Origin: Takakia lepidozioides
Lineage: Eukaryota; Plantae; Bryophyta
DNA: 64,000 nt
Direction of reading: 5' to 3'
Assembly (NCBI GenBank): GCA_030704615.1
Contig: CM060734.1
Coordinates: 372,001-436,000, forward strand
Shown here in pieces: positions 24,061 to 36,896 of the stretch. The translations under genes were made by a program, and so were the position numbers. Under the pieces are notes generated by a model that made no database searches, had not been told where the DNA came from, and was given only the letters and a program-made list of their open reading frames with translations. How positions within the stretch are numbered: the stretch's first letter is position 1; each line of letters opens with the position of its first letter.

Positions 24061-24637
24061 GCTCATTTACCTATCTTTTGTATTCCTTCAAATAGTTGCA
24101 CGACCTCCCTATGACAACCATGCTGTGCATATCCTACGATCATCGCACTCCACGACACCACATCTCGTTCAGCCATATTGTCGAACACTCATTTTGCATC
24201 CTCCATGCACCCACATTTGGCATACATGTCCACCAGGGCAGTGTTCAGGATCACATCTGATACAATTCCAGCTCTGACGATGTCAACATGCACCTCTTCG
24301 CCCTTTTCCAGGGCTGCCAGGCTTGTACACGCACTGCAAACACACACAAACATGATGTGGTCGGGCTTTACCCCGTCGCACATCATTTGCTCATAGGTCT
24401 CCAAAGCCTCCATCCCATGTCCATGCTGTGCATACCTTGCAAGCATCGCACTCCACGACACCACATCTCGTTCAGCCGTAGTGTTGAACACTCTCTTTGC
24501 ATCTTCGATGCACCTACATTTTGCAAACATGTCTACCAGGGCCTTGTTCAGAATGACATTTGGTACAATTCCAGCTCTGAAGATGTCGCCATGCACCTCT
24601 TTCATCTTTTCCAGAGCTGCCAGGGTAGTGTTCAGAT
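24060..24637 (-). pseudogene. PLS-class PPR fragment (tandem 303-bp P-L-S triplets)
   Basis: ALVDMFAKCRCIEDAKRVF..RDVVSWSAMLARYAQHGHGMEAL..VKPDHIMFVCVCSAC..ALVDMYAKCGCMEDAK*. The next repeat is degenerate. Confidence 0.9.
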
Positions 24638-25293
24638 TGTCGTGCGCATACATATTGCTACACAACTACATCGCTGTCCAAAATCACACAACACATGTGC
24701 ACACCAAACACTACTCTATCACTAGTCCACCACTAGTGCACCACTAGACTGCCACTAGACAACCACTAGTCACCACTAGTGCAACCACTAGTCCATCAGT
24801 AGGCTGCCACTAGCCACCACTAGTGCAGCCACTAGTCCAACCACTAGTCTGCCACTAGCCATCATTAGTGCAGCCACTAGTCCAACCACTAGGCTGTCAC
24901 TAGCCACCACTAGTGCAGCCACTAGTCAATCACAATGATAAATAAAGGAATAATACAAGCACACAAGCTCTCTCAAACTCACACACTTGCACATGAAAAC
25001 ATCACTCATATATTAAGTCGAGCCAAGTGCACTCCACGCCATGGGGAATCCACACTACGGCGCCATAGCTAGACGCGGTGAGGCTCAACTCGAGAAAGAT
25101 GAGCCCACCGCGATCTGCCGTGAACATAACCACGCCAGGTGCCCAAACATGTATTGGCCCCTGGATTGACACTTGGGTCAATCCCAAATATCAATATATA
25201 AAAGCTAGCTATTTCCTAGCTAACTTCACACTAGTGGTAAAATAACTTGACAGCTGTCGTGCGCATACATATCGCTACACAACTACATCGCTG
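24638..25293 (-). mobile_element. LTR related to the 3' LTR of the DNMT-Gypsy element, containing ccactagt micro-repeats (24720-24930)
   Basis: Shares gacagctgtcgtgc..cacaac..catcg, aggctcaact..aagatgagccc and cacaatgataa with 44268-44822. A 39-bp direct repeat lies at 24638-24676 / 25255-25293. Confidence 0.65.
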
Positions 25294-26369
25294 CGCGCAA
25301 TGACTCCCGCTTGACTCCAGAAGCGTCAGTAAAAACAGAGAGCCAGACAATGAACATCGCATAATCGTGGCCATGATAAGGGCAGTCAGCAGGATTGCGG
25401 CGGCAGGGCATCCTTGCAAAAAAATAGCGGAGTACGCTGAATGACAGCAGCTTCTGGATGGAGGAGGCACCAGCGCGGAGGCAGGAAGTTGTGCAAGGAG
25501 ATGACAATTTGTTTGCAAACGATGCAATTCCTCACTTACACTCCAGGGCACATTTAAATTTCCCCCTTACAGGAACTTGCACGGAAGAAGATTGGCTGCT
25601 CCATGAATGTAGCCGTTTCAGTTTCCTTCCGTGCCATGCAAACTATGGGCCGTAAGTGCCAGGTAGGCCTATTGCCCCTCGAGACGACTTCATCCATCTC
25701 CCCTTCGATGTAAATGCGGCGCCGAATTTCCATCCGGGGGGATGGACTTCGGTGGCAGGTGGCCGACTGTTCCCCGTGGATGAGAATGAGCAAGCGGTTC
25801 ATCCGCCGCTGGCATGATGAACACGTTACACGATGATACGTGGGTAGGTGGGACCCAGTTCCTCCATTATTGGACCCAGCAGTGCTCTTCCGCTTGTCAT
25901 CAGGGGAAAAATCAAAGGGCTTCGTTGCTGTCTGCAAGGTCATTGTCATCGACAACACACACGTCCTCCGAGCCTCATTTGCAAGGATGTCATGCTTGCG
26001 GAACCACGATAACTGCCCTTATGGAGGCTTCAATTATGCAATGTATACGGCCACATTGGGAGACATCATTATCTGGCACACAGTTTCCACAGAAGATAGT
26101 GGGGCGAATGTGGAAACATTGTCAGCTTTTGAGTATATCCCAGGCCACTGCGCCTTTGAGCGGGGTGACGATCTTGGTCTGAGGAGTCCGTGGCTCCTGC
26201 ACATCTTTGGTTTTCATGCAGATTATGAGGTCAACCTGCAACTTAGGGGTTCTATGGACATGCATAGGCAATTTCTGTTCCCCCATCAGGGCTGGATGAC
26301 AAAGGGAATGCCAACCCAACACTGCCAACATGGCTGGAGATGCAATGGGCATACCACTGTTCTTTGATT

Positions 26370-27180
26370 TGGTTTTTATCTTACCCTCTGGATGCTTTGC
26401 AGTTTGACCAGGGTGAATGGAGTTGGAAAAATGAAAAGAAATCCCACTTCTTTGCCTACTCAGTCAAATTGGGTTACACTCTTATGAAACCTGCTACATC
26501 TTTCTTGGCCAGGTGGAATGAAAATGCCCTACTTGGCAAATGGATTCCAAGGTTCTTGGGGCCTGAGGGAGGCTGCTGGAAATTTTTGGTTTATGATCAC
26601 ATAATCACATCTTCTCATCTCAAAGTTCCTACATGGCAGCCCTCGCTACGCTGGATCACCCATGGGTTCAATCTTTAAATAGTTGGATCAGCTCTTTGGA
26701 ACAATATATGGCGAGCTTGGGGCAAGCTCCGCAAACACCTGGTTAAAGCCCAACCCTCCAACTTCTATGAAATGCTCCTGAAGACAACATAAAAAAACAA
26801 CATCTTTTGCTATGAAGACAACATCTTTTTCGAAATACAAAACACCCCAAACACTTCCCAGCGAAACCAGGCCAAGCGATGGTTAGGCTGGGATACTCGG
26901 GGCATCAGCCAGGTCAACAATGTCTGGAAGAACAATGCCCTTAGGCCCATGGAATCTATTGCTGAATCGGTTGGTAAAAGCAGAGCAGCCCGTGGTTATC
27001 ATGACCTAATCAGCTCCATAAACCCCCAATGGCTGGCCACTATCCTTGACACAGGCCCCACCCAACCTGCTAACAATACTTGGGCTCTGGTTATCCTTCA
27101 AGGTCAGCTATCCATCCTCTTTGTCCAGTATGTGACCCCACAACAGCTCACAGTTTCTCCTTCAGCATTAACACCAATAC
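26370..27180 (+). pseudogene. L1/Tx1-like ORF2 post-RT fragment
   Basis: ..ARWNENALLGKWIPRFL..GCWK.. and ..GSALWNNIWRAWGKLR.. resemble plant L1 ORF2 C-terminal regions. Many stops. Confidence 0.5.
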
Positions 27181-27589
27181 ATTAGTGCTCTCCCTTTCCT
27201 CCACCCTTCCTCAGTCCATCCAACCTATCCCGCCTTGTTCTGACTCGGATGCAGTCACCTTACAAGATCCTCCCGCAGCAGCTGCTCCCCCATTCTTGTG
27301 ATGTTTTATCCCCTCTCTGTCTCTCTTCTATTTCCCATCGTTTGGGCCTATCTGCTTTGGTCCACAAATGCAAAATCCTTAAAAGGAAAAACAAGCAGTT
27401 TGTTTCCTGCACAAATAGCAGAAAGTACAGACGTCATGTTTTCGTTTTCTCTTTTTTTCTCAAATCTTCATTCTCCCCACCTCCTAGCTTAGATGGTTAT
27501 TTTCTCTCTCCCCTACGGACAAAAGGTCTACCTTCTTCTTCTCCTCCTCCGGGCCATCATTTCGAGATGAACTCTCGGGCCCTTTGCTT

Positions 27590-27978
27590 CCACGTCATGT
27601 TATTTAACATTAGATCCTGGAATATTCGGGGTATTGGCTCTAATGCAGTGGGCCTCTTCCTAAGTTATGTCGGATGACTCTATTGTTTTTTTGCAAGAGC
27701 ACAAGCTTAACGACCTCAAAATCGCCTCCCTTGGTCACTCTTTATGGCCCAGCCACCTGGCCTGGTGGAACAAAACGATGTTGGATTCCAGGGGAGGAAT
27801 TGCAATTCTTATTTCTCCAGCTCTAGCCGGATTCGTCTCTCAGGTCGACACCTGGGAGACAGGTAGAGCTCAATTTGGCCTCCTCTCCTTTCCTGCCTCT
27901 GGTTCCAAGGTGGGTTTCATTAATATCTATGCTCCCAATGCTATTGATGAAAGGATTTCCTTCCGGCAGCTTATTTGA
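27590..27978 (+). pseudogene. L1-type AP endonuclease N-terminal fragment
   Basis: IRSWNIRG, IVFLQEHKL, RGGIAILIS and FINIYAPN motifs across a frameshift. Confidence 0.8.
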
Positions 27979-29355
27979 TCCAAAATGCACCTTGTTCAAA
28001 TGTTATAATCTCCCCTAATTTGGGGTGCTTGTGCATCTGGTAGGCAGCTACAGGCTGACGTGTGAGGGTGGTCCCCGTTTTGTCCCAAAATCCTAAAACA
28101 GTCTCGCCGCTTAGGGGTTAAATGGCGCATTAACGCTGCCCTCATTGCCCTTCCACTTTCTGCGCGCAATGAAGTTGACCGTTCTGCCACACACCCTCCG
28201 GACCCAAGGATACAAGGACCCAAGGATCCTCCGGTAGCACAACTCGGACCAACGTATCGTATCTGAGACTTTAGGCTACGGAGTTCTCCTTCTTCCCACC
28301 TTCGCATAAAGCTCGATACCCGCGGGTTAAAGGGCCGCCGTCAACCCAACACAGACTTGTTGTGGTGCTGTGCATGTTCGATGAAAGGGAGAGCACGCGC
28401 TCTCTCCTCTATTTTCAAAGCTTTCTGGCAGCTGCTCGAGGGCCAGCAAGCTTGCTGCATGATTGGGGATATGGTTGGCTAGTCTGTGCAGCGCAGGTCG
28501 CGGCTTTGTCGTTGGATCATGCCTTGAAGCTGACGCGGTTGGTGAAGGAGAAGAGTTCGTCGACCGTGTGAATCTGTTGTTGTTATCAGCAGTCCTTCAA
28601 GGGTGACCGACCGAGCTGCCTGCTATGGGATGGAGCTTGGAGTCTAAGAGGATGTCAAGCTTGTGCATGAGAGGGTGCGGGTCTCTGTAGATAATCCGCG
28701 CATGATAAGGGCTGCACTACTCTTTGTTGGTAGCGCCCCTCCATTGAAGCTGCTGCGGTGGATGAAGCAGGAGAGATTTATTATCACTTTGTTGCTATTA
28801 TCAGCAGCCCATCATGCGTGACCGTGAATACATTTTGAGTTTGAGCGTTTTAAGCTATCATCGAGATTGCGGATGGTCGGGATTGCACGTGTGTTGGTGG
28901 GCGTTTCTTCAATCTGCATGACGGTTCTAATTCCCTAAGGGCTCGGCTTGGGCACTGTACATCCAGGACTTGGATCAAGACGTTAGCGTTTTTGTGCATT
29001 TTCTCAAAGGAGGTGGTAGGAATAGGGAACTCACAGCTGGATACTCTAGCTTGAGGTTGGCAGTCGTGGAGGTCTTGCGGAGTCAGCCTAGTCATTCCCC
29101 TACTGAATGTCCTAGGACTGTCCCAATTACGCCAGTGGATCAGATAACAGCTTACCTTCCAACTGAAGCCCGAGATCACGGGGGCTTGCACAAGGCGATC
29201 TCTTTGGTCATGCAGACAGGTTGTACCAAAATTCCCTTTTGAGGATATTGAACTGACGTTTTCCAAGTTGTGGGTTTTTACTGGATTTTGTAATTAACGT
29301 CTGGCAGTGGAATCCTCACTAACGCGGAAGAAAGGGATTCAAAGCTGAGGAGAGT

Positions 29356-32300
29356 ATGGGCAAGCTGCATGATGGTCCAACAGGGGCTATTGTTGGAGGG
29401 ACTCCCGTATATACAGGGGAGCCTGCCTATGTGGGACCACCTGCATACGCACCAAGTGCACCTGCATACTTGGACCAAGAAGCTGGTGGGATTGTGCAGA
29501 AGCCGCACATCAAAGAAAACCGGAAATGCCGAGACCTTCTGTTCCTGGTTGCCTTTTTTGCCTTCGGGATAGGCTTTATTATTGAATCCGCCTTCGGTTT
29601 TAATAAAGGAGACCCTCGCAGGTATGTTTCTTTGTATATCCTGGGTGAGAGCACCGTGGATGTTCAAGTACATTTATGAAACGGAATGTGCAAATTGTTG
29701 GGTGCTGAATATTGGTTTATGCTGCCACGGTGGAAATTTTGGGCTGACATCTGGGGATATGGATCTTCTGGCGTTCTGTGGGACATTGGGTATCAGTTGG
29801 AAAGGGGATGATTAGAGGATACAAAACCAGGGAGATTCTTTGCTCTGGATGCGGGCCGAGTGACCAGGAGTCACCATCCACCTGCCATGGAGGCTCCAGC
29901 ATCCACTGAAGATACTTGCTGGAATGCTAGCCAAGCTGTTCTTCTGGTGCTTGCTACTCAATTGAGTGTAGATTTTATGACCTGAAGTTTTTCTCTGCAC
30001 ATTGCTGGCTTGTCTATGCTGGGAAGGAAGAACTAGTTAATTATAACAAATTAATTTGTGGGGTCCATAATACCCCCTCTCTTGCTTGTTCCCCTGTTTC
30101 CTCTCTTCCCGGCTCCTTCCAGCTAACAAATTGTGGGGCTTGGCAGGCTGATGTATGGTTTAGATTACAAGGGCAATGTATGTGGTGCTAATAAGGCATC
30201 GCCAGATCTGAAAAACTTTGATGTACGATACTGGGTCAATCCTAACCAGGTCTACAAGAGCGGTGTGATCTCGGACACTTTCAACCTTGCTGATGCCCGC
30301 AGCATCTGCCTGCAAAATTGCCCCACCCCTAATAACACCACCCTCACCTGGGTCTGTGACTACCCGGAAGGTCCCATCAATTTGACCCTGTCAGATTGGG
30401 CCAGCAGGAACTACGACTACTATGACACCCTGACTTCCGAACAAAAAGCTTCCTCCAAGAATTTGTCAGGCCCATGCTACCCGGTTCTTTTTGCAAGCAC
30501 CAATTGTATGTTCTCCACCCTCTTCCTCCTTTCCGCCGTGCTTGCGCATCTCTCTCTCTGTCTCTCTCCACGCCAAAATAGTTTTATGCTTATGCTCTAT
30601 TCTCTGTTCTCTGTTCCTTGCGTCCTTTGGGCCTCCTGCAGACTAAATTTCTTCCTTTCTTTCTTTCTCTTCCTGTCATTTCATTTCTTTCTTTTCTCTT
30701 CCTGTTCCTAATCTCTTTTGCTTTCTTCTTCCCTCGAGGAATCTTGGGTGGTGGAAAGGTGGCTCTGTGGGGTGTGTGGAAGCAGGTAAGCAAATTTTAA
30801 GGTCAAACTTTTGTTGTTTGCTTCTGGATTGTGTTGGAAGCTTTGTGACATGGAAGGTGCTAAAATGCTAGACAATACAATTTTCTGTGAATCAGCACAT
30901 CTGGATATGCCTTTCAATGCCTTTTAGCAATTCTGTGCTTTCTCTTACCAGTGTATGGGTTCTTGCTTGTGGATGTCAGTTTTCTGGACTTGTCAATTAG
31001 AATCATCCCCAGCAAATGAGACGCTGCTACTTTGGAACAAAATTAATGGAACTCAGATTGAGTCTGGCGATGTGATTGTGAAAGTTGTCCACAAAGCACT
31101 GTCTGCGCCCATTACTGTCCTCAAGGTGTGTTGACCTTATGGTGTATGTAGGATTTGCTTCTCAACATAATTTCTAATTGTGTCATTGTGAACTCAATGA
31201 AATGGCGAAGTTCTGGTGAAGAGTGTGCTCTTCGAATGTTTGTAGGACCGTGATGTCTAACAAGATATTGGGTAAGTGCAGAGATACGTGGCAGACTTGG
31301 GAAGGGCATGGCCAGTTCTGGTGGTGTGTGGAGGTCTAGCCCCCCTTCTGCTGTCAGTAACATGGCTGCTCATAGTCCGTTACTTTGTTGGTGTCATGAC
31401 CTGGCTCACTATTGCTCTTCTGAACATCCTCACGCTTTTAGTTACGCTCTTTTTCTACATCAAAGGTGACTCTCTCTCTCTCTCTCTCCCTTGAACTAAA
31501 GAATCACTTGAAGTTGAATTGTAGTCTTACAGTTCTGGTGCTGGTTGTTGAGTGCCCCACTGTTGTGGTCATTCTATGGTTTCCTTTGTTTGTTCCATAG
31601 GCTGTTCAAGCTCCCTGTGGACTTGATGTAAGGTTTCTTTCTTTCTATCTCTCTCTTTCAGTCTGCCATGGATGTGATAAATGCCTGTCATCTTTCGTGT
31701 TTCTTAAATACCAGAAGCTGGCTTACACTACATGGATAACATTCTAGTGAACTAGTAACATCATCACATCGGATGGCTAGAGAACTCAATAGTAACTGTC
31801 GGTGTTGTGTGAGCAGCGGGGTGGATAGGCACGGATGCAGTAACAGCTGTAATTGGAGATGGTGCCAACAAAGTTCTGTCCTCTTCCACCAGTGTGAGTC
31901 ACAAGTTTCTGAAACCCAGGTGCTGAAGCAAGTTGTGCAACCATTTCATTCGGACTGAGCAGTCTGCACGCATTGTGGTGGCAAAATTTGTCTGGACCTC
32001 TATAACTAATCAGAAAAGCTCCTAGTCCATTGTATAGATGCTCAGGGGACCTGGCTCCAGGCATAGTAGATAGTATTGTGGATATGGCATATACTTGTGG
32101 CCAAGCAGAGAGCCAGGGAAAGCAGCTGACAATGTATATAGACTGGAACTTGTCTCTGTGCAGGAGCAAAACCATTTGAAGATCGTGGCAGTAATAATGA
32201 CAATTGTCCTGGTTGTGGTTGTGCTGGTCACTCTCATTCTGCTCAAGCGTGTTATTATTGCCGTGGCTGTCATAAAGGTGTTCTTCTTTATTAAACTTTT

Positions 32301-35026
32301 CTTTTCTCCATCCGAATAAGTATGAATTTAGTCATTGCATTAGTACCATAAAACCCAAGGAGGTGATGGTTGAGGAGTGATGTGTTACAATGAGAAGATG
32401 TGTATGCTTCAATGAATAGGAGAATTAGAGGGAGTCAGAAATGCATTTTACTCAGTGCCGATAGTAGGGAGAATGGAAGTAGGAAGATTGTCCTGTCCCA
32501 AACACTGATTACACTAATAATGGTTGCCATCTAATAGACAGAAGGAGATAATTACTCATAAGACGTTGTTTGGCGTAGCCTTGTGGCCATAGACCCTGTG
32601 CCCAGTGTGGAACAAGAGGGAACAGACACTACCTTTTTGAGGGGCTCACTCCAGTAGTGGGACTTACCTTGATATGAACAATCAGTCCTCTGGAAAGCCT
32701 TTCATATCAATCTGCTGTTTTGAGCTGCCAAGCAATTAGACCCCAACATGGCCGGAAAGGAGAAAGGAGAGAGAGAGAGGGGGAGTGAAATCAGAGACTG
32801 ATAGAATTCGCTCCTGGGTATGAAGAGATCCACAGTTGAGAACCGGGGGTGAAATCAACAGATAGGCATATCACTGTTGAGGGTTTATTCAGGTATCCCC
32901 TTGGTGGGAAGAGAACGCAAAGAGTGTCACAGTGCAAGCGCTGAGGTGACATGCCCATATGTTCCCCACACTCCAAGAATATGTTGCCCTCTACTGTGAC
33001 ATGCCCATATGTTCCCTCTAGACAAAAACTCAGAGAGCGAAACTGCACTTCATATGTTCCCTCTAGACAAGAGAGATACAAACTGCACTTCTAAACTTTC
33101 TAATTGAGATATTGAACAATGTTCAGTTAGCGAATGGAGGGAAAGTATTTACTAACGAACAGACATTGGTGACATGGTGCAGGTGGCAGCAAAGGCAATC
33201 GGGGTGATTCCGAGTCTTATTATATACCCAATCATTCCCTTCCTTGTGGAAGCAATATTTCTCATTTACTGGGTGGCAGCGTTGCTCTACCTCTTCAGTG
33301 CTGGGGAGGTCCGCCAAAACCAGTGCAATAACAGCTGCGCAGCGTACGACCTTGCTTTGCAATCCATCAGGGATACTGATTGCTGTGGATATGATATGCA
33401 CCACACTAAAAATATTGTGTGGGCCATCCTGTACCATATTTTTGGCGTCTTCTGGATCACACAATTCATAACTGCATGTTGTCTTACCACAATTGCTGGA
33501 CCTATTGCGGCCTACTACTGGGCGAGGGGAGAAACAGCTGTAAGCCTTTATAACCACGTCCTTACTTAGGCATAGTCGAAACCACGGAAGCTTGGACAGA
33601 GCCAAAAGGCTGGAGGTTTCAGGGGGGTATTGAATTGGAGAGTATTAATGTGGAAGAGTGAAGAGTGTGGGTTGAACTTCTACATGCAGTAAAGTCAAGT
33701 TAGTGAGGGAAAGTGTGTTTGCTGAAAAGCAGTTGAAACATATTCTTGGAGTGTGGGGAAGTAGAGGGTTCAAATAAAACATACAGCGCAGATCAATGTG
33801 GAAAGCATTGTTCACTGAGACTGAAAGATTGGACTGCAATGATCTGGCAGGACATGGGCTGGCTGTCCGTGGTATCGTCAGCAAAGCGGGTAGTGCGCTA
33901 CAGCTTGGGGTCGATGGCACTGGGGTCATTATTGGTGGCCATCATTCAGATGATACGCTTCCTGCTTGAGTTGTTGCGGAAAAAACTCAAGCCACTGGAG
34001 ATGGCTCCTGGTGGCTGCTGTCTCTCTATTTGCTTCTGTTGTGCTCAGTTTTGCCTGGTTTGCATTGAGTGGACCATCAAATTCATCAACCGCAATGCGT
34101 ACATTGTGGTACGTGTCTTTGCTCCATATGGGTCCCTCCATCGACATTACCTTCTTTCAGCTCCTCTTCTTCTGCAGTCAGATTATGGACAGGCAGTTTT
34201 TGACGTGATGGAGAGGAGGAGAGTGTCACTCATGTGGCTGTATATATTCACACGGTGTTGAGTGATTTATCTGATTACTGTTAAAAGGAAATGATGTGAT
34301 GACTTCAATATGGGGATTGCTGTAATAACATCTCAACCTTGCAATGCAGATTGCCATCTCTGGAAAGGGATTTTGTGGAGCTGCTGGAAAGGCCACTGGT
34401 TTGATTGTTAGCAACATATTGAGGGTAGGTGCTGTCAATATAATAGGAGACCTCATATTATACTTGGGCAAAGTCTGCGTGAGCCTGGCCTGTGCTCTCT
34501 TTGCCTTTCTCATGCTGGATACCCATAAGTACAAGAGCGGCCACAACAGAGTGTCTTCGCCCCTCTTTCCTGTTCTGGTAAGTGCTTTATCCTTCTAATG
34601 CACGCTGTCCAATTTGCTGGTCCTTCTATCACCAGTTTAGTCCCCATGGAAGCGAGATCCCTTTGACCATCACAGTTTAGTGCAAAGGTCATGATTAAGG
34701 GTAGCTTGATCACAGCATCTTTGCTGTTTCCAAGGGACATATTTGTCAGGTTTTATCCCCCATAAAGCTCAAATCACGGGTGGTGGGTGTTGCAGTCTTG
34801 CTGGTTAATTGGCTACATCACGGCCTCCATGTTTTTTGCGGTGGTAGAGATGGCCCTCGACACTATACTCCTGGCCTTCTGCATGGATTCAGAGGAGCAT
34901 AATGGTACTCCCATGTACGTGCCACCATTGCTCATCGATACATTGACTAATCACACCCACCGGCAAGAGGCTGCTGAGGCAGAGCGAGCCAGGCGGAAAC
35001 AGGAAAAGGCTGCTGGTCGAAATTGA
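29356..35026 (+). CDS. CTL1: Choline transporter-like protein (CTL/SLC44 family), 10 exons: 29356-29621, 30147-30505, 30980-31125, 31282-31465, 31817-31893, 32164-32277, 33183-33539, 33851-34108, 34350-34577, 34796-35026
   Basis: GT-AG introns join in frame. Family motifs RKCRD, YGLDYKGNVCG, RYSLGSMALGSL, IKFINRNAYI, GKGFC, NILRV and DTILLAFCMD are present, and no disruptions were seen. Confidence 0.93.
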
Positions 35027-35527
35027 TTTTGGAACTCTGGCATTTCTCCTCCCCATGTCAAGAGACAAGATTATACCCAAGGCCATCACGTGAAGTCTTT
35101 GATGACCAAGCCCCTGTTTCCCTCGAACATTTTGGTCAGAGATCAGAACAAACTAGATAGTGTCTCCATGTCCAGAATTTTGTTTCGTCTTCTGTACAGC
35201 TTCAGGGTCTTTCTCACATGAGCTGTAGGAGGGGCAAGTTCACAGAGAACCAGTGTAGCCCTCTCTGCCTGTAGGGGCAGCATGGCTACTGGCATCCTTG
35301 GGTAACCTTGATCTAACTAACATTCAATCACAAACCCGGCTTGAAAACTCCCGAATGAAGATAGCCTAACCTTGTCAAGCCTGTTGTCCCACCCCTCAGC
35401 AAGTGCTTCTTACTCAGATAAAAGAGGTGGAACCATTGAATAGGTAGAAGACACGATTGTACGACCTAGAGTTAAAATCTCTGAAGCAAGCAGCCTTTAG
35501 AGGACTAGCTTATGAATTTGTGACCTT

Positions 35528-36434
35528 TGTTGAGCGGCTTTTACTCACCCATCCCTTATCTAAGGTAGAAGAGTTAGAAGACTCCAAGTACTCAGCCTGC
35601 TCAAAACAATCAGTCATGACCTAGTGTATCATGGGGTGCTTCTCTATTTCTATTCCTTCTTGCATTCATATTCAGTTAAGATACCTTACTGATTAGAGTT
35701 ATGTATCAGATTGCTTCTATAATATGCCAAGTGCCATTTTTATATCTTAGTTATACATTCCACAGCTTCTCTCAAGTCTCTCTACTCAGTGTGAGAATGA
35801 AGTATGAATCGTATTTATAACTATCAATTGTTAGGCCGAAGCCACGGTGTCACTATAGTATCATCTCTACAGCTTGCAAGTATCAAGCTGCACTCCATTG
35901 TCTCTCTCCTCTTTCATGTACTCTCCTCCGTGTAATCCCAGTCCATGCATTCAAGAAGCGATCCCCCCTCCGTAGCTAGTCTCCCCCTTTTTATCCGCAA
36001 GCTGTTCTAATTGTCTAACTAATTGTTTCCACTCTAATTGTCAGTCACAACAGCACGAACTGTATTGCCGTTCCTTAAGTTGGTGACGTTCCGCATTCCG
36101 CGTTCCCGTTCCTCTCCTGTGGTAACAACACCCTGTGACCTGTGTGAGGCTGTGTGGAGCTATGACCGCACACTTATGAGGGTCACAGCTGTCGTACCAT
36201 GTACCTGTGGTAGCCTCTGCTGCTATAGCCCGTGCGGACCCGTGTCTCCCCTACCCTGAGGCCTGTGCGAGCCTATGACTGCCGCACAGTAAGACCTGTG
36301 TGGGTCTGTGTCTGCCGCACCTTAAGGCTTGTGTGGGCTTGTGATGACTCATGGCAGCAGAGCCATGTCTGCGCAAAATTAAGGATACCCCATAGAACCC
36401 GTAAATCGTCCAAGTCCCAGACAGCCCTGTAATA
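35528..36434 (-). mobile_element. 3' LTR (907 bp) of a minus-strand LTR retrotransposon, same family as 10487-11403
   Basis: PPT gagaggggagggga at about 36438-36451 (-). The LTR runs from TATTACAGGG (TG mutated) to GCTCAACA. Confidence 0.85.
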
Positions 36435-36896
36435 TTATCCCCTCCCCTCTCAAAAAGCCGTGCCCTCACGGTTTACTACTTGGGGTTAGCAAACCTCTGT
36501 GAACGGGCACATGTAGGCTTATGAGAGTCCTCGTGAGGGCTTTGTGTATGAGCCCGAGCCTTGTCTTTGGCTGGTGGGGATGCTTGCCTGCTTGTCGGAG
36601 CAGATTGCCCTGTCTTGGGATTATATGGTGGCAATTTCTCAGGCATAGGAGATCCTCATCTCCTCTTGTCCTCCATAGCTGCTGCATAGTCCTCTGTCAT
36701 GTCAAAGTTGCCATCTAAGGAACCAGTAGTGTTAGATTCACTGTCCCCCCGCTGGCCTTTCTGAGACCTAACCTTCTTCTGAACCACAGGCAGTATAATT
36801 GGTAACCCATCATGTCTGGTACATCCTGCAACAATACTTGAGCCACCTTCTGTCGGGCAAGTGTAGTATATGCCCGTAGCAGTCGACTGCTACCTC

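Noticed and set aside
25780-26300. ORF 25840..26367, and likewise 43723..44127, as genes
   Set aside because: They look coding-like, but no family could be recognised and no gene structure could be built.
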